A DNA stretch of 55,744 nt from an uncultured virus (IMG/VR IMGVR_UViG_3300021958_000031) (IMGVR_UViG_3300021958_000031), one strand, 5' to 3'; positions 1 through 8,691 are shown, counted from the first letter of the stretch. Numbers and translations: made by a program. Notes: generated from the letters alone by a model not told the origin.

Positions 1-532
1 TATTTACTTCTATACCCACTGAATGTGTATGCATATGCTGTGATCCGTTTTTACCTAAGTGCCAACCATAACCACCTTCTGGGAATGCTTGAACCATTAC
101 ACCGTCGTATGTATCATCATTACCTTTAATTGAAGGACCACCTAATACAAATTCTGTTGCAACTGCCCCTCTACTATCTCTGCCCCAATGATCTACAGTT
201 CGGTAAGGGTTATGCCATCCTGCAGTATGATGTAAGAAAACATATTCTTTTTTTGTTGGTCCTGATTTATATTCTCCTATTGGTAAAAAATGCTTATTGA
301 TAACTAATCCGTTTTCTGTTGTGTAAGCTTTTTCTGAATCATCAGTAGTAGCAAGGCCCATAGCGTCCCAAGTGGCAGGACCAACAATACCATCAGCAAT
401 AAGACCGTTAGCGGCTTGCCATTTTTTAACTGCAGCTTCAGTTCCTGACCCAAAAATACCGTCTGCTCCGATACCCAAGAATTCTTGTAATTCTTTAACT
501 TCATTTCCTTTTTTTCCTTTCTTTATTATCAT
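1..532 (-). CDS. Endolysin: N-terminal peptidoglycan-binding domain plus Amidase_2-type N-acetylmuramoyl-L-alanine amidase (3' end runs off the window)
   Basis: Not in the ORF track. Hand translation from ATG at 532: MIIKKGKKGNEVKELQEFLGIGADGIFGSGTEAAVKKWQAANGLIADGIVGPATW (PG_binding_1 DGIFG/DGIVG repeats), then VFLHHTAG...YGWHLG...SVGIEVN (Zn-amidase motifs). Confidence 0.9.
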   Translation of the reverse strand, partial: MIIKKGKKGNEVKELQEFLGIGADGIFGSGTEAAVKKWQAANGLIADGIVGPATWDAMGLATTDDSEKAYTTENGLVINKHFLPIGEYKSGPTKKEYVFLHHTAGWHNPYRTVDHWGRDSRGAVATEFVLGGPSIKGNDDTYDGVMVQAFPEGGYGWHLGKNGSQHMHTHSVGIEVN

Positions 533-533
533 G

Positions 534-1151
534 TTATTCTGTATTTTTATCAGATGCGTATTTCACACCCATAATTGTACCTACTATAGAGAATGCATTC
601 GTAAGAAGTATACCAAACATATTAGACCAAGTTGATCCGATAATTTGCGTATCATATCCAGAGACCATTGCAATAGCGTACATTATAGTGGTAAGAACCC
701 CTACTCCAATTATTACAAATAAAGCAACTCTTACAATAGTTCCAATAAGTTCAAATTGTGATTTCTTTTGCATAAGATCCAAATCAGTTAAAGCAGTCTC
801 CATTGCTTTTTCTGCATCGGATTTAGCAATAATGGCTTGCTGTTCTGCGTCTTTGGCATCTTGCATAGCCCTTTCAGTTTCATCTAAAGCTCTGGATAAT
901 TGTTTATTGACTCTCTCATTTTCTTTAGCAGCTAATTCAAGTTCTTTATTTTGGGCTTGCACCTTTTTTGTTACCTGTAATCTTTTTCTACGAGAGGTTG
1001 TATCTCTCTCCTTACAGTCTTCAATGTATTTTATTAATTGAACATCATCTTTATCCGGATCTATAATCTTTATAATGTTACCTTCAAGAAAAATTTTCTT
1101 TTCTTTAGCTAACTTTAGTAAAGTATCTCTTGTATCTTTATTAAGCTTCAT
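534..1151 (-). CDS. Membrane protein: soluble N-terminal domain, coiled coil, two C-terminal TM helices (holin/antiholin or signalling-output candidate)
   Basis: 205 aa. Heptad-rich middle, hydrophobic segments IVRVALFVIIGVGVLTTIMYAIAMV and MFGILLTNAFSIVGTIMGV. Abuts the endolysin gene. Confidence 0.6.
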   Translation of the reverse strand: MKLNKDTRDTLLKLAKEKKIFLEGNIIKIIDPDKDDVQLIKYIEDCKERDTTSRRKRLQVTKKVQAQNKELELAAKENERVNKQLSRALDETERAMQDAKDAEQQAIIAKSDAEKAMETALTDLDLMQKKSQFELIGTIVRVALFVIIGVGVLTTIMYAIAMVSGYDTQIIGSTWSNMFGILLTNAFSIVGTIMGVKYASDKNTE

Positions 1152-1159
1152 TGTTTTCT

Positions 1160-1666
1160 TTAATGTATATGGCCTTCTATTTTATTATGTAGTTTAATAT
1201 TTTCCATTCTTAAATCAAATAACTCCCTTTGTTGATCTTCTATTTTCTTTTCAAGATCTTCTCTATACATTTTACTAACATCTTTGGTTTTCTTATCGCT
1301 GTTTTTAGATTCTATTTTTTGAGTTATTCTTCTAATATTACTTAAACCGCTAATTGCTATCACAACCCATCCCCAATTCATAGGGTTTGTGCTAAGACCT
1401 TCGCTTAGAAAATGTATAATCACAAATAATATAGCTATACTACCATATAGATACGAAAACACTCTTCTCCGTTCTAAACTACTGTAAACAACCGAGTGTA
1501 ATGTACCTAATCCGATTAAAGAGCTGATTACAGCCACATACCATAAGTTTGGAAAGAACTCCGCGCTTAAAACAAATGGTGCAAATAAAAACCATATTAA
1601 TCCTTGCAAAACCTCAGTTGGTTCTGAATCATGATATGTTAATATATGTACTAATTTCTTTATCAT
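1160..1666 (-). CDS. Four-TM membrane protein with charged coiled-coil C-terminus (holin-like candidate)
   Basis: 168 aa, four hydrophobic stretches then a highly charged tail. Start overlaps the receiver gene stop. Confidence 0.55.
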   Translation of the reverse strand: MIKKLVHILTYHDSEPTEVLQGLIWFLFAPFVLSAEFFPNLWYVAVISSLIGLGTLHSVVYSSLERRRVFSYLYGSIAILFVIIHFLSEGLSTNPMNWGWVVIAISGLSNIRRITQKIESKNSDKKTKDVSKMYREDLEKKIEDQQRELFDLRMENIKLHNKIEGHIH

Positions 1667-2112
1667 TATTTATACACTTTAAATTTGGCAGTCTTGTTTT
1701 TGTAACCATCGTAATCTTTTCTGAATTCTTCTAGGCGAGGTTCAATGTCATCTGATTTAATAATCCAAAATTGAGCCCCAGCTGCCTTAGCTTTTTCAAT
1801 CTCTTGATTATCGTCTGATGATGAAATGATACCAATAACACAGCCGTTACCATATTCATGATTGATTTTATCTATCATCTCAATTCCATTAAAACTGGAT
1901 CCAATAATGTTAAGATCTACAAATACACATTCTGGCTTTTCGTGATTTTGGTCATCAGGAAACCATTCCTTAAACTTTTTATCTGCTTCATCACTAGAGT
2001 TTAATGCTTCAAGTGAAAGTGTAATATCTAAAATACTACATGCATCTTCAAAGACGAGGTGGAATAAATCTTCATCATCAATGAGCATAATTGAGTCAAT
2101 CATTTTATTCAT
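1666..2112 (-). CDS. Single-domain response regulator (CheY-like receiver)
   Basis: IMLIDDED acidic pocket, VFVDLNI phospho-acceptor Asp, IISSS, AKAAGAQFWIIKS with the conserved Lys. No output domain. Confidence 0.92.
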   Translation of the reverse strand: MNKMIDSIMLIDDEDLFHLVFEDACSILDITLSLEALNSSDEADKKFKEWFPDDQNHEKPECVFVDLNIIGSSFNGIEMIDKINHEYGNGCVIGIISSSDDNQEIEKAKAAGAQFWIIKSDDIEPRLEEFRKDYDGYKNKTAKFKVYK

Positions 2113-2113
2113 T

Positions 2114-3364
2114 TTATTTTATCTTTATTTTTAATTTTGTTCCTGGTTTTGCTTTTTCGGAAGTAATACTAAAACCATGTTCTCTTAATATCGCTATACA
2201 AATATTTAATCCTAATCCTGAGCCACTCTCGCTTTGCCCCCTCTTTCTTGTATAAGGTTTAGATAATTCCATAAACTCGGATTGACTCATCCCTCTACCG
2301 TTATCTTGTACACATAAAATAGAATCTCCTTCCATATAAATCATTACAGTTTTTGTTCCGCTATCGTTATATTTTAAACCATTCCTAATAAGATTATCTA
2401 TAGCTGTACAAAAAAGAGGTTCGTTAACTTCTATCTCTGGTAATGTATCTATCAATACTTGCTTACCGTATGATGTTGATGCTAAGTAATTTTTTAATAT
2501 ATCTTTTAGATTATGTGATTTTTTATCTAATTGTGTATCTTTTTTAACTAGGTTAGTAAATTCTTTAACGCCTGCATATACTTTTTGTGTATGACGTAAC
2601 CCTTCTTCTATCATTCTAATTGGTGCACTTATTTTTAATTCCTTTATTTGATCTTCGCTTAATCTTCGTTTCATAGAACTTAAACCACGAGGTATATAAG
2701 TATTAATTCCACTATGCATATCGTGTCTAAGTATTTTGGCTGCATGCTCTAGATAAGAATTCTTTTGATTAAGTATATCCTCGGCTTCATGCTGTGTAGT
2801 AACATCAGTTGCAACTTTTAGTATTTTAGTATATTTACCAGTTTTATTCTTAATAGGTGTATAGTTACCATATAACCATCTTTTAGAACCATCCTTAGCA
2901 ACTCGTTCAAATTTTCCTGTAATAGACTCACCTCTTCTTAATGTTTCCCAAAATTCCAAATACTCTTTACTTTTAGCATATTCAGGAGTTACCATTCTAC
3001 TGTGAGGCTTTGTTATTACGTTACTCTCGGCACATCCCATAATATCACAAAAATTGTCATTGGCTGATAAAATATAACCATCCATAGTTAATGTCACTAC
3101 TAAATTTGATTTACTGATACCTTCAAGCTGGGCATTTATGTTTTCTTCCTTTAAGTTAATACTACCAATAAACTCGGTAACAAACATAAAGAAAGGCGGC
3201 ATAAACCCAACCACGCAAGCATAACCAAATTGTGCTAATTCTATACTGTTTTCACATAAACCAAAAACAATACAAGATTGAACTAAAAAGAATGACAACA
3301 TAATCACACCAGCAATACCTAATGCTATCTTTGATTTTATCGATATGCCTTTAAGAGCTTTCAA
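2114..3364 (-). CDS. Membrane-bound PAS sensor histidine kinase
   Basis: Two N-terminal TMs, PAS/PAC (ILSANDNF...FWETL...KDGSKRW...ATDVT), H-box ILRHDMHS, N-box DNLIRNGLKY, G1 VQDNGRGM, G2 GSGLGLNI. TTG start directly after the upstream stop. Confidence 0.95.
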   Translation of the reverse strand: MKALKGISIKSKIALGIAGVIMLSFFLVQSCIVFGLCENSIELAQFGYACVVGFMPPFFMFVTEFIGSINLKEENINAQLEGISKSNLVVTLTMDGYILSANDNFCDIMGCAESNVITKPHSRMVTPEYAKSKEYLEFWETLRRGESITGKFERVAKDGSKRWLYGNYTPIKNKTGKYTKILKVATDVTTQHEAEDILNQKNSYLEHAAKILRHDMHSGINTYIPRGLSSMKRRLSEDQIKELKISAPIRMIEEGLRHTQKVYAGVKEFTNLVKKDTQLDKKSHNLKDILKNYLASTSYGKQVLIDTLPEIEVNEPLFCTAIDNLIRNGLKYNDSGTKTVMIYMEGDSILCVQDNGRGMSQSEFMELSKPYTRKRGQSESGSGLGLNICIAILREHGFSITSEKAKPGTKLKIKIK

Positions 3365-3553
3365 TTATAGTTCTGATTTTTTTAATCCTAGTTTTTCAAA
3401 CAACCATTTTGATGGACAGAATTTAGTCCATACACCTATGTTTAACATTGCGATTACAAAACCAACAATATACCAATTATCGAGAGCCAATCCTGTTGCT
3501 AATACAACTGACATAAGCAGGTAGACCGCTCTTACTGATGTCCACTTTTTCAT
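3365..3553 (-). CDS. DUF2892/YgaP-like small two-TM protein
   Basis: 62 aa, R followed by two TMs and the GxxxFCP...LG motif typical of DUF2892. Confidence 0.7.
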   Translation of the reverse strand: MKKWTSVRAVYLLMSVVLATGLALDNWYIVGFVIAMLNIGVWTKFCPSKWLFEKLGLKKSEL

Positions 3554-3566
3554 ATGATTACTTTTT

Positions 3567-3686
3567 TTAATACATTGAGATTGTAATAAAAAAAGCTACC
3601 TTTAAACGAATCCATACTCGTTTTAAAAAAGGTAGCTTTTTAAATTCCTCGAGCTCAAATATATCTTCCGGCTCTTTTATTTCCAT
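3567..3686 (-). CDS. Small 39-aa ORF (possible leader peptide) MEIKEPEDIFELEEFKKLPFLKRVWIRLKVAFFITISMY
   Basis: Hand translation. Lies between the late-promoter motif (3705-3713) and the DUF2892 gene. Confidence 0.55.
   Translation of the reverse strand: MEIKEPEDIFELEEFKKLPFLKRVWIRLKVAFFITISMY
3590..3641 (-). terminator. Long hairpin followed by a U-tract, inside the small ORF (terminator/attenuator candidate)
   Basis: Perfect 14-bp inverted repeat aaaaagctaccttt (3590-3603) / aaaggtagcttttt (3628-3641), plus inner aaacga/tcgttt stem. Confidence 0.5.
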
Positions 3687-3704
3687 TATGGCTACATATT
3701 TGAT

Positions 3705-3713
3705 TTATATATT
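3705..3713 (-). promoter_or_regulatory. Putative late promoter AATATATAA upstream of the signalling/lysis operon
   Basis: The same motif precedes tube, sheath, portal, protease and other virion genes. Confidence 0.7.
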
Positions 3714-3716
3714 AGA

Positions 3717-4418
3717 TTAACGGCCATTTCTTCTTGCGTCTTCTTCTTCATAATATTTGATTAGATCATCTACTACAGGATCTCTATGATTTTCAAATAA
3801 TGTAACAGAACAAACATTTTTAATCTTTTTACCGAGGTTGTATAAAAACTTAAATCCTGAATCTCTTCTGTTTTTTAAATCTACTTGGCCATCATCTCCA
3901 CATACAATCATTTTAGATCTTAAACCTATTCTTGTGGCTATCATTTCCATTTGAGTCATTGTAACATTTTGAGCTTCATCTACTATAACACAGCTATCTA
4001 AAAAGGTTCTACCTCTCATAAATGCAACAGGTACAATTTCTATCTTACCTTCTTTTATAAAAGGATCTACCTTTTCTTTACCATAAAGCAAATACATGTT
4101 TTGATAAATTGGTTGAACCCACGGATCCATTTTTTGATGAAGATCACCAGGTAAGAATCCAATTTCTTCCTTTGAAACTGTTGGTCTAGTGATTATAATT
4201 TTTTCATAGTGTCTTCTGAAAAGTCCATCTAACGCTACTTGGCAAGCTAATAGTGTTTTACCACTTCCGGCTTTACCTGCTAATACTGTTACTGTATTAT
4301 TTAAAATTTGCTCTTTAGCTAATTTCTGTTCTTCATTTAAAGAAATATTAAATTTAATTGGGTTTTTGACAATTCTTTTTTGACGGAATACATCGTCATC
4401 GTATGTTCTAGCTGGCAT
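3717..4418 (-). CDS. phoH: PhoH-like ATPase
   Basis: GKAGSGKT, IIITRP, EIGFLPG, FMRGRTF, DEAQN, GDDGQVD motifs. Confidence 0.95.
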   Translation of the reverse strand: MPARTYDDDVFRQKRIVKNPIKFNISLNEEQKLAKEQILNNTVTVLAGKAGSGKTLLACQVALDGLFRRHYEKIIITRPTVSKEEIGFLPGDLHQKMDPWVQPIYQNMYLLYGKEKVDPFIKEGKIEIVPVAFMRGRTFLDSCVIVDEAQNVTMTQMEMIATRIGLRSKMIVCGDDGQVDLKNRRDSGFKFLYNLGKKIKNVCSVTLFENHRDPVVDDLIKYYEEEDARRNGR

Positions 4419-4450
4419 TTGCGAATATTTTTTTAACCTAAAGAATATTC

Positions 4451-5203
4451 TTAAGGTTTTGGTTGGTAATGTTTTCGCTGTGTTTCGCTCGGCGGTGTTA
4501 CTGGAGAATCTAAGTTTTGTTTTAAAACTTTTTCAACATGATGGACATTAGTCTTACTTAATCTGCTTATGTCAGTTTTTTTTTCAAAATCCTCTACAGC
4601 AGTTGGAGGTAATACATCATCTTCAAAGTTTTCTATATTTAGTGATTCTTCAGCAACCTTTCCCAAAGGTTTAACTGGTTCATTAATTACTTCGGCAACA
4701 TTATCCGAAGGTTCTTTTATATCTGTATTTAATTCGGCAAATACCTCCTCGGTAACAGTTTCTTCAGGTCTTATATAATCAGTAAGAGATTTAATAAAAC
4801 CTAATGCAACTAGAGGTAATACTGCCCCACTTACAACAGATAAAATTCTTTTTTGGAAGATAGGCTCCTCTTCTTCTAATCCGAAAAGTTCTATCCACCC
4901 CATATAGTCTTCTAAATTAACAAATGCATGGTATGAATTTGCCATCATTTGAAATGCGGTAAGAAGTAAAAATAAACCCCATACCATTGTCTTGTTTGTT
5001 TTGTCTAAAATAATTATTGCAGCAAGAGAAGCAGCTGCACCTAATTCAAATCCTATAGCTAAAGACCATGACATTAAACCTGAGTGGCTAAGGTCAAAAA
5101 ATGCTACTGAATTAATCATTGATATTGTAGCTACTAAAAAATATAAACTAACAAATATTCCTATTATACTTAAATGTACTACTTTTTCTTTTAATGTTTT
5201 CAT
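4451..5203 (-). CDS. Hypothetical multi-pass membrane protein with acidic disordered tail
   Basis: About four hydrophobic helices in the N-terminal 140 aa. Confidence 0.6.
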   Translation of the reverse strand: MKTLKEKVVHLSIIGIFVSLYFLVATISMINSVAFFDLSHSGLMSWSLAIGFELGAAASLAAIIILDKTNKTMVWGLFLLLTAFQMMANSYHAFVNLEDYMGWIELFGLEEEEPIFQKRILSVVSGAVLPLVALGFIKSLTDYIRPEETVTEEVFAELNTDIKEPSDNVAEVINEPVKPLGKVAEESLNIENFEDDVLPPTAVEDFEKKTDISRLSKTNVHHVEKVLKQNLDSPVTPPSETQRKHYQPKP

Positions 5204-5212
5204 AATGTTATT

Positions 5213-5800
5213 TTATATTACACCAGTAACAAATCCACTACTGTTACCGCACCCTGAATCACCACCATTTTTAGCAATTTTAGATTCAAGTATTGTAGCT
5301 ACCCATAAACAAGGTATACCAAATACCTCTGCAGTTCCTGTTGGAAATGCACCTGTTGGGCCATACCCTGTTGGTTCTCCGGTATTTCCACCTGGGCATT
5401 CAGTTAATAATATTTCTGCTGAAATTCCCCCAGGACTAGTTGCCTTTGTACACGCAGCTGATAAACATATTCTAATTAAACCTTCATTATGTATAACTCC
5501 TGATGTATCTGTGAATTGTAAAATATCTATAAGGAATCCTTTTGAACCTGATGGAATATCAGGCCACCAAAAATTTGCAACTACACACTCCAGCTCATTT
5601 GTTAATTGTATTTGAATGTCACAAAAGTTATTCAGATTAAGAGGCAAATCATCAGCACCAAATAATTGAATATCAATACACGCAGTTGTACCTTGCATTA
5701 TGTATTTAATACAATCTACTTGAGCAATTATTCTACCACAATACGTTAATGCACATTGCGGATCACTTGGTGTAGGTACTCCTGGAATAATGTTAGACAT
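5213..5800 (-). CDS. Cys-rich hypothetical protein, possibly a virion beta-sandwich (BppU-N-like)
   Basis: Probable start MSNIIPG at 5800. 11 Cys, QG-T...I.L..D..P.NL pattern reminiscent of baseplate upper-protein Ig domains. Confidence 0.45.
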   Translation of the reverse strand: MSNIIPGVPTPSDPQCALTYCGRIIAQVDCIKYIMQGTTACIDIQLFGADDLPLNLNNFCDIQIQLTNELECVVANFWWPDIPSGSKGFLIDILQFTDTSGVIHNEGLIRICLSAACTKATSPGGISAEILLTECPGGNTGEPTGYGPTGAFPTGTAEVFGIPCLWVATILESKIAKNGGDSGCGNSSGFVTGVI

Positions 5801-6029
5801 TTTTAATTTTTCTTTTTTCTTGTAAGAGTTTTTCACATCTCACTTCTTTTAAGATGATGCAGTATTCATATAGTTCATCAATCTCAAAATTCTTAATAGT
5901 CCAATCCAAATCTTTTACTGTTCCAATCTCAGCCCATTCTCTAAATTCAGCGCTATCTTTGAACATCTTAATAAAGTTAGATGGTCTTATCAAGTTTGAA
6001 TAGTGTTTTTCTAATGCTTCTATACTCAT
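5793..6029 (-). CDS. Hypothetical protein
   Basis: 78-aa ORF, packed in the operon. Confidence 0.55.
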   Translation of the reverse strand: MSIEALEKHYSNLIRPSNFIKMFKDSAEFREWAEIGTVKDLDWTIKNFEIDELYEYCIILKEVRCEKLLQEKRKIKNV

Positions 6030-6066
6030 TATTTTGAAAATTTCTTTAAGAATCTTTTCAATCTTC

Positions 6067-6354
6067 TTAATTGTCTTTTTCTTCTAAGGCATTAATAGAA
6101 ATTCTTTCTTTATCAGAAATTTCTTCAATTCTTAGAGTTTTCCAAGCAGGAACTGTTTTGATAAGATATATCATTTCCTCCTCGTTTACTATTTGAGATG
6201 ATAATGTATCAATCTCTGTAGTTAAAATTCGTTGTTCTTTTTTGATTCTCTCTACTTCAGAATCAACACTACATGATTTAAAATAACTTAATAGTACTAA
6301 AACTACAACTATCTTAATTCCATGATCTGCAAAAAATTTGTTAAATTTACTCAT
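6067..6354 (-). CDS. Membrane-anchored coiled-coil protein (spanin-like/lipoprotein candidate)
   Basis: Likely start MSKFNK at 6354. One TM ending FKSCS, then a coiled coil. Confidence 0.5.
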   Translation of the reverse strand: MSKFNKFFADHGIKIVVVLVLLSYFKSCSVDSEVERIKKEQRILTTEIDTLSSQIVNEEEMIYLIKTVPAWKTLRIEEISDKERISINALEEKDN

Positions 6355-6358
6355 TGTT

Positions 6359-6646
6359 TTATTTTTTAAATTCTTGTTTTGGTTTTGCCTTTTCTTCTTC
6401 ACCTTTAGGAACTCTATGATAATTTTGAGTTGACCAAGGATCATCCTCTTCACATTGACAATCCTCTATATGCTCACCGCATCTAGGGCATTCTTCATCA
6501 ACATCTTGTAAATATTCTTCGGCAGCATCTTCAGCTTCCTTATTTTTTCCATCTTCTGGATTATGATCTTCAACATGCTTAACCTTTTTATGCCTAACAT
6601 GATCTAATTCTTCATTTACAAAATCAGTGAATGATTTAATTGCCAT
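6359..6646 (-). CDS. Small acidic protein with capsid-targeting-like N-terminus and a Cys cluster
   Basis: MAIKSFTDFVNEE N-terminus, CPRC-x5-CQC, late-promoter motif at 6665-6673. Confidence 0.6.
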   Translation of the reverse strand: MAIKSFTDFVNEELDHVRHKKVKHVEDHNPEDGKNKEAEDAAEEYLQDVDEECPRCGEHIEDCQCEEDDPWSTQNYHRVPKGEEEKAKPKQEFKK

Positions 6647-6664
6647 TTGATTTCTAATCTTTTT

Positions 6665-7414
6665 TTATATATTCTCCTTTAATGGATACTTTTCATGAAA
6701 AGCTTTTACTAACGATAAGAATTTCTTCCCATAGAATGATATATCATCAAATGTCATTTCAAAAACCTGTGGAAATGCGTCAGATTCATTACTTATCCAT
6801 ATTTCTCCGCCTTCAGGTTTTACACCATTCATTTCCCAATAAGCTAATGAATATGCAGCAATTTGCATTTTATAATTTTCAATCCAGTCTTCTCTTTTAG
6901 GTTTCTTTGAAGATTTAAAATCTAAGACGACTAGATGAGCTTTCTTATTCTCATAAATAATATCAACTCTACCTGCATAACCACCCATCTGAGGTGAATG
7001 TAATGTATCTTCTATAGACACCACCTTAGCTATCCTGTCAAAGCATTCATTATTATAAAAATTAAAAAAGAGTTTCCTACCTACATTAGTCTCATCTTCA
7101 GTAAAACCGTTTTCTTCAACGAAAGGCCCTATGAGAGTTTGTGCCTCCATTAATCTTTCTCTAACAGTTTCCTTTTCAGATCCTAAAAAGTATTCGCAAA
7201 ACTGATGCATAACAGTTCCTCGATTGGCAGAGAACTTAGAAATTCTATCTGCTTCTTCATCTCCTACTCTCTTTCTCCATTTATCAATTCCTGATTTATC
7301 AGTCATTGCCCCTAAGATAGTGGTTACTGATGGATATTTTTTACCCTCTCCTATATTATAGTATCTTTTACCATTTATAGTTTCTGTTGTTGCTAGTGAT
7401 TCTGCTGTTGCCAT
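6665..7414 (-). CDS. PD-(D/E)XK exonuclease (Cas4-like phage family)
   Basis: YPSVTTIL, RGTVMH, YAGRVD, LDFKSS, QIAAY motifs. Confidence 0.88.
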   Translation of the reverse strand: MATAESLATTETINGKRYYNIGEGKKYPSVTTILGAMTDKSGIDKWRKRVGDEEADRISKFSANRGTVMHQFCEYFLGSEKETVRERLMEAQTLIGPFVEENGFTEDETNVGRKLFFNFYNNECFDRIAKVVSIEDTLHSPQMGGYAGRVDIIYENKKAHLVVLDFKSSKKPKREDWIENYKMQIAAYSLAYWEMNGVKPEGGEIWISNESDAFPQVFEMTFDDISFYGKKFLSLVKAFHEKYPLKENI

Positions 7415-8005
7415 TTACTTATTTTTTTGTATAACTACTTGTATATGTTTATGTAAAACTTTATAAAAATCAGAATAATTTTCTAAGAATGAATCTATTC
7501 CTAATTTTGGTGAATTTGTAGGTGTTGGTAAGTCATGATTGATCCACATATAATCATCAAAAAGAATTATTCCACCCGGTTTTACTAGTGGGTGAACCAA
7601 AATAGCATCTTCAAGAGTTCCATAAGAAGTATGAGTTCCATCTACAAATACAAAATCAAATAAAGGTTCATTACTTATTTCTCTTAGAACAATATTAGAA
7701 TATCCTTCTAATACATTAATTTTTTTACTATGAGTAGAAGTATTGTGGTCAAACCGGGATCTAACGGTAGTAAGATCTTGTTGTCTCATACCAGGTTCTT
7801 CTTTACTACCTTCAAAAGTATCAATAACAGTTATCTGAGATGTAGGTTGAGTTAAAATATTATCAATTAGCCAATTTGTAGTCCTACCTTCCCAACAGCC
7901 AATTTCTAAAAAATGTAGATTTTTCTTGTCTTTAAAAATATGAAGTAAAGATTCCCACGTAAATCGGCTGGATGGGTTCCAATCTGTTGTATAATGATAT
8001 TCCAT
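7415..8005 (-). CDS. Class I SAM-dependent methyltransferase (Methyltransf_24-like)
   Basis: FLEIGCWEGRT, IDTF, FDFVFVDGTH, VKPGGIILFDDY. Confidence 0.88.
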   Translation of the reverse strand: MEYHYTTDWNPSSRFTWESLLHIFKDKKNLHFLEIGCWEGRTTNWLIDNILTQPTSQITVIDTFEGSKEEPGMRQQDLTTVRSRFDHNTSTHSKKINVLEGYSNIVLREISNEPLFDFVFVDGTHTSYGTLEDAILVHPLVKPGGIILFDDYMWINHDLPTPTNSPKLGIDSFLENYSDFYKVLHKHIQVVIQKNK

Positions 8006-8012
8006 AAAAATC

Positions 8013-8246
8013 TTATTTATTACCTAGAAATTTATTAGACTCTTCTTGTGTAGGATAACCTAGTTCCCTCTTACAGATAGAACAGTATTTTTTCATAGAG
8101 TTTGATTCATCAAATTGCACAAAGGTGTCTCCTTTATGTTTACAATCATTTTGTATTTCTTCCTTTTCCTTTTCAAGATTTTTTACCTCCTTCTCAATCC
8201 CTTCAACCTGTTTTCTTAAAATATTAGGGTCATCAGTTTGTTCCAT
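8013..8246 (-). CDS. Small coiled-coil/Zn-finger protein
   Basis: Coiled coil followed by CKH...CSIC. Confidence 0.55.
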   Translation of the reverse strand: MEQTDDPNILRKQVEGIEKEVKNLEKEKEEIQNDCKHKGDTFVQFDESNSMKKYCSICKRELGYPTQEESNKFLGNK

Positions 8247-8668
8247 AGTTCTACAATTTTTTCCTGGTAATGATTAAAGATAAGATAGACGATTCTTAAT
8301 ACTAAAATTAAACCTGCAGTTTTAAGCATAGATACTAAAAACGGCCAAAGTTTAAAATATTCTCTATCTGCTGATAAAACTAAAAGAAAAGAATCTGTGT
8401 CTTCTATTTTGTTAAACTCAGGAGAAACATAATCTGCAATTCCTAATTCTAATAAGAATTTATCGTGTTCTCTTAGTTTCATTAATACATAACCTTCTTG
8501 AGAAATAGGTGCTGTTGCTACTTCTTCCGGTAAATTGATAACAGTATAAATTCTACCAATCCAATCTACTCTAAAGCCTTTTTCATTTAAGGCTTTTTCC
8601 TCAGACTTGGCAACCTTTCGTATCTGTAGCCAAAGTTTGATCTCTTTATAAAGTTTACTTATATACAT
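8216..8668 (-). CDS. Hypothetical protein with C-terminal TM helix
   Basis: 150-aa ORF, hydrophobic C-terminal segment. Confidence 0.55.
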   Translation of the reverse strand: MYISKLYKEIKLWLQIRKVAKSEEKALNEKGFRVDWIGRIYTVINLPEEVATAPISQEGYVLMKLREHDKFLLELGIADYVSPEFNKIEDTDSFLLVLSADREYFKLWPFLVSMLKTAGLILVLRIVYLIFNHYQEKIVELWNKLMTLIF

Positions 8669-8691
8669 ATTTTTATTTGTTTATTATCTAT

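Noticed and set aside
304..504. 66-aa minus-strand ORF in the track
   Set aside because: Out-of-frame shadow of the endolysin gene (1..532), which the track missed because its stop lies outside the window.
3717..4418. phoH as a novel auxiliary gene or part of the two-component operon
   Set aside because: phoH is widespread in large phages, and a separate promoter motif lies between it and the kinase operon.
6665..7414. Cas4-like nuclease as evidence of a CRISPR system
   Set aside because: No repeat-spacer array or other cas genes were seen. Solo nucleases of this type are common in T4-like phages.
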